This document shows, piece after piece, positions 52,201 through 58,200 of a DNA stretch of 64,000 bases. This stretch comes from Balanoglossus misakiensis (lineage: Eukaryota; Animalia; Hemichordata). The notes beneath the pieces were generated by a model. That model was not told the DNA's origin. It did not search any database and worked only from the letters and a program-made list of their open reading frames with translations. Made by a program: the position numbers and the translations under genes. Numbering within the stretch: the first letter of the stretch is position 1; each line of letters starts with the position of its first letter. The stretch is taken from positions 9,951,778 through 10,015,777 of the forward strand of contig CM082597.2 of the NCBI GenBank assembly GCA_040954595.2, written 5' to 3'.

Positions 52201-55200
52201 ATGTGTTCAGAAAAACAGCAAATTTCGCCGCCGCGCAAATGTTTTTTTGAATTGACAATGTAGGCGTTGGTTTAGCCCGGAGACACAGGCGTCGATCTAG
52301 AATACAACGCCCGGGGACAGTAGAGAAATTTCCTGCTGAGCTGAAAGATAGTAGCCCTGGCAACGATCAGGGTCGCTTAGTAACGAATGGATAACGAGTG
52401 ATCTATTAAATGTTGACGGGCGCCAGTGGTTGGATGATATAATTAACAAAGCTTGGTTATGAATATTCATACACCTTCAAAACCACTCCCACACCCCGTT
52501 GCTGGAATTTCACTCATGACTCCACCTCTATTTCCTTATTTAGAATGCGATGATGTCATTTGGTTTACACATTGTTACATTTAAGTGACCAATTAGCTTA
52601 CACACAAGATTTACCACCCGTGTCGTTCTGCGCACAGAATTCGGTGCGTAAATAGAGACTGTCCCCGGGCGTTCCTTTTCCCCTACTACGCCTGTGTCTC
52701 CGGGCTAGCGTTGGTTAAAAATGCTCTTACAAGAGATTTCGATTGGAAATCAAGGGCATGGTGCAGACACTTTAACTTTGCTTTTATCAATCGATGATAC
52801 TGATATTTTTCTGTCACAACAAGCCTGCTTGAAGTTCCTCTTCGCTGCTTTATCATTCTTGAGGTTAAAACTTGTTGTGTTTTATCTGAAAAGTGCAAGC
52901 TTCTTGTACATAGAAGACATTGTTGTCTTGGATGTCCTTCCAAACCATGGCGGCTACAGTTTCTCAGAAACATGAGACCTAATTTTAGCAGTAGTGATAA
53001 CACAATCACTACCAGCTGTGCAGTGACTGAATGCAGAACATTTCATTTTCACAATCATTGTGTAAACGAGCTTTCAAAATGCTAGGATTGATAAAGAGAT
53101 CCTGTAAAACTTTTTCTTCGCCGAAAGCATTGACATCATTGTATGTATCTTTAGTTAGAAGCAGACTAGAGTACTGCTCTGTGGTCTGGTCTCCAAACTG
53201 TCAGTACTTAATAACCGTGTAGAGAAAGTTCAAAAACGTTTCTTGAAGTTTATGTGTCTGAAATTTATTGGTTATTACAATAGTGATTATAATCAGTCCT
53301 GCATGCAATTTAACTTACCTTTTCTTTCGCTCCGGCGGAAGGTTCTGGATCTACCTTTTTTAAACAGTTTTGTTTCAGGGAGATTTTTTATCCCTACCTT
53401 TTATATCAACTGCCACTTTATTTACCAGCCAGACACCTCAGGGCCTCGTCATTCTTTCAAATTATGTAATGACATTGCTGTAGATATTTTGTTACCTAAT
53501 ACCGGTACTTCTTTTAAGACCCATGTGTTCAGACATTTTTATTCTTAGTGTCATTTCTCTTTCTCGTGCTGTTTTATTGTATTTTTACTGGGTTTTTTTA
53601 TTGTTTGTTATTTTTACTATCTATTTGTGCCTGTTTGTTTGTTTGTTTTTGTATTTATTTTCTCAGAGTCTGTTATTGGGCCTGTTGACCCGTCAAATAA
53701 ATAAATAAATAAATGAATAAATAAAGCACATAGTTATGTGTACCCCACAAATCACTACTAGTAATGTAATATACATGTAGCTATGTATGCACTTAGTTAT
53801 GGGGTGGGCATGTAATACAGTAATATGTATTATTCTTTAATTTTATTCATTGACAGGCTTATAAGAGCAAGTACAGAGAACTGAGGAATGAATTCAAAGA
53901 TATCTTTGCCCGAGTTAAGGAACACAAAGAAAGACCAGAAATGTTGGGAAAACTGAAAGATGCAATTAATGCATCAGAGACACTGCTGGGAATAGCTAAA
54001 AACCTTACAGAAGATGATCAGATTTATACTCAAGTAGAATTAGATACATTGGAAAAACTGATCAATGAGACAGTGGTAAGAATGCTAGATTTTTTCATTT
54101 TAGTGTTTTTCTCTTTGTTAGCTCAGCTGTCACCAATGTGGTGCTTATCTTATTGGTTGATTGTACATCTGTCTGTCCATCCATCCATTCCTTCATCAAC
54201 AATAGACTTCTCAAAAACTAATGGTCATACATCATTGAAATTTGGTATGCAGGTCTTGAGAAAAGTAAAACTACAGTATTACTGTTCTCTTAATTTATTG
54301 ATCAATTGTGGACTAGGTCATTGACAATGACTTGTTAATGTGAATATGTGTCCAGTTTGGAAGATGACTTCTTAGTTTAACAGAGTAGTCATCTCCCAAC
54401 TGGCTTATTTTATGGGCAGTCCTGAATTTGTATCTTATGAAATATAAATCGCTCATTTCATATTTATGATTACAGCAATGGCAGTTAGAAAAAATGCGAA
54501 AACAAAGAGATGTGCCGCTTTATGAAAAACCAGTCCTTTTGAGTGAACATATTGCAGAGAAGATATCTTCCTTAGATCGAGAGATAGGATATTTACTTAA
54601 CAAAGCCAAAAAAGGAAAACCAAAAAAAGAAAAAAGTAAAAAAGAAAAATCCAAAAAGAAAGCTGCCAATGAAACAAAGACAGAAAATGGTGAAGATGAG
54701 AATCTTCTGTCAGAAACTAATGATATCAAAGGTAAGGACAGGATAAGGTTGGAAAAGTGTGGATTGCAGAAAAAGGGAAACTGAAATGGTCCTAACTCCA
54801 GGACCAAAAATCTCCCATTTGTGTAATCCCAGCTTCTTAAAGATTAACACACCAGAACAATCCGTTGTCATGATGCATGAATAAACTTTAAACAATCATG
54901 TTTGTTCCATGTCCAAAAATTGAAGATCACAAGCCAAGCTATTGCCCACCTATCTGATCCTAGATGGAACACTGCCATTTAATTCTGAAGCAGTTATCTT
55001 GTTAGGTCCCATGTGGTTTATATGTATATATATACCATGGGAACTTATGGGATCGGTTTCGTCTGTATGTATGCATTGTATGTATGTATGTGTGTATGTA
55101 TGTATGGCTGGATGTATGTCTTTATATCCGTCCACATCAAAAACTTGAAAACCGCTGCGTGTATCACTTTGATATGTCGTGCGCAGATGCATGCTGGGTT

Positions 55201-58200
55201 GTAGATGGGAGTTCGTTCAAATGACGTTGCCATTGCCAAAAATATGCATATTAGCTGGACAAATGTGAATTTGGTCAAAACTCAGTAACTCAAGAACTAC
55301 TGGTCAGATTGCTTTGCAAATTGGTGTGAATTTACTTTATTGAGACCTTAGGCTGCATTCACAAACACCTCTGGAGGGGGGGGGGCGGGAGAATTGAGGA
55401 GGGGTATTTTAAAAAATTGAGGGTATGTAAGGGGGGATTTGAAATAATTTAGGGACTGAAAGGGGGGGACTTGAAAACTTTGACGACTAAATATTTATTT
55501 TGAGTCCACAAAAATGCAGTTTCGCGCCCTTTATTTTACAAAATTTTCCCACACCCACCCCCTCCATTCACCAATACCTTTCAATCATTGACTGGTTTAT
55601 CTAGTGTCCCAGGTCAGGGGACTTGCCCCCACCCCATGATAACTTTGAGCGGCGACGGTTAAATTTGTCCTCCCCAACATATCGGTAGTTGAGTTAATTT
55701 GCTTTTGCCGGGTTCATTAAAATGCAGCTTTGAGCTCTGTATTTTATAAAATTTTCTTACATGGGAGGGGGACCCACCCCCTTCAATTCTCGGTTTACAA
55801 TGTCTCCCAACATAGAATACAAATACTTAAAAAATAAAAACAATGTTCAGTGAAGGGGTACATCAGTTTCAAATTCTTTTCATGGGAGCGCTGTTTTTCT
55901 TTTTTTACAAGGTATGTGATGTGTTTTGCTCTGTGAAAGAAAATGGGGGGGGGGATTTCAAAATTTTGGCAGTTCGGAAGGGGGGGATTTCAAAATATTT
56001 CGGCTGTGTGAAAATTAGCGGTAAAAAAAATGAATTCTCCCCCCCCCCCCCCTCCAGAGGTGTTTGTGAATGCAGCCTTATATAGATTTTTTTCATTTTG
56101 TGGTGATACCAGAAAAAGGCTAATTTTGGTGAATTTTTTTGTCATTTTCCTCGTTTTTAGTAAAAAAAATCTTCTTTTGTAAAATAACTTTACATATTCT
56201 TAAAAAGAGGTGGTTTCTTTCATTTTCTTCAAATCAAGGGGAAGAATTCAATAGTTTATCACATACATAGCTCCGCATATTACCATAGTATGACGTCAGA
56301 CGTAGGTAAATATGCACCAAGCGTTATTGTAATTACCATCCCTCTGACGTCACCAAACGGAACTATTTTAAACTTGGGGGCGGCAAAATTCAGTGCAATT
56401 GTTGGTTTTATTTCGATATAAAAACATAAGCAAAGATATTAAAATGTTTCGTATGTGTAAATATGGACGATCGACGATTAGTTTTACTTGTGTACATTTT
56501 TATCACACCAGTCTAGTCATAAAGCAAAAGGCATAAGAAAGGTTTCCTGCTCCAGTGAAACCTTGACGGACTATGAAATCCAGCTGACGCACGACAGACG
56601 GATCCTCGCCAAAACCAGAATCGTCCAGGTCGTGACCTGAGTCACCTGACAGATAGACCGCATAACATCGATCTTCAATTTTGCACAAAATAGTTCAAAA
56701 TTTTATCGCAACCACAAAGAGATTTATTTGAAAATCAAAATTAGCAGATCTATGTATGTGATAAACATATAATTCCCCAGTATTCCTCACTCATGTACCT
56801 GCGTCGCGAACTCGTGATTCCCTGTATAGCTGATACGGCCGCTATACGGGGAATCACTCATCTGCAACGCAGGCACACTCGTTCGAAATACGGGGGAATT
56901 ATATATAAATATTTTGAGGTAATTTTTGCCATTTTTGGTCAAAACTCTTTCTCAGAACATTCTTCCCCTAATGCTTTGAAATTCGATTTGAAGGTTCCTG
57001 GGTGTGTTCTCATGATGATTTGGGGGGCATATTTTCAAATTTTGATAAAAAACTATATTTCTCAGAAATTATATAGCTGATTACTTTAAAATTTGACTTG
57101 TAAGTTAATGGGAGGGGCTTCTTTAAAATTATAATGGAATCAAATCTTAGGTAATTCAGACTTTTGATATTATGTCCTATACCACTAAAATTTTATCTTA
57201 AGAAGAGAAATTACCGATACATAATTCTTTGTAATTAGGGTGGAATCCCCTACTGACATTTGTACACATAGGAAATTCCTACATGTTTACATAACTGGTT
57301 AACTGTTAAAGAGACCAGCTGTTCTATTTTGATGTATGTACAGTACACATTGGCAGCTTATGGGTCAGCCAGTGTTTGCCCGTTGATCTCTCTATGAGTG
57401 TCTGTCTGTCTGTCTGTCTGTGTGTCTGTTTGTATATGTACTCTGGTGTAGACTTTTTCTTGTGTAATCCCTAAATGGGACCACCATGTCCTCGACGCAA
57501 TTTTTTATATAGCTAAGTATCACAGCAGAGCTCTATCGGCCACAAAGTCACTTGTAAAAGGCAAATTACTTCCTAGAAAATGACAAGCTGCATTGTATAT
57601 GGTTATTTTAATGCATTTTGCTAACACAACAAAAGTAAGCTTGAGTATGATTGCAGAGCTTGCCCATTCTGCCAATAAGAACATTTGTATAAACAGCCTT
57701 GTATATGTATATCAATTATCAAATTTCTCTCTCTCTCTCTCTCTCTCTCTGTCTCACGCACATACACATACACCAGATGAAAAACCACTAGAGAATGGAT
57801 TAGAATTACCAGAAACTCAGGAATCATTGCCAGAAGTATTGGAAGAAGTGGAAACAAAAGCTGATGATTTTATTAAAAGTGATGATGAAATTGTCCAAAT
57901 TGATTCCCCTGACACACAAGGTATGTAATGTATAACTTACGAATGTTGCCATATAATCTTACTGGCAAAACTATTGTGTAATGTGTCTTTCTAACAGAAA
58001 ATTGGCTTTCATAAAATCTGGGTTGGTGAAATGACCTATTCTAACCATAAATACACAATTATGGCCTGAATGCTATTGGTTTTCAGATTGTGACTTTTTA
58101 ATGACCTCTCTATATTTACGCTTGTGTGATCAATGTTATATAGTCTGGCTGTTATTTTCATGAAAGCTGCATCAAGGTTTTGTTTCTGTTTCCCGAGCTC

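Larger units (their letters stand above)
55002..57506 (+). mobile_element. DINE-1/Helentron-like family 1 element with nested insertions
   Basis: 5' TTAGGTCCCAT..ATGGGAACT, (TATG)n, 3' AAATGGGACCACCATGTCCTCGACGCAATTTTT. Confidence 0.65.
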
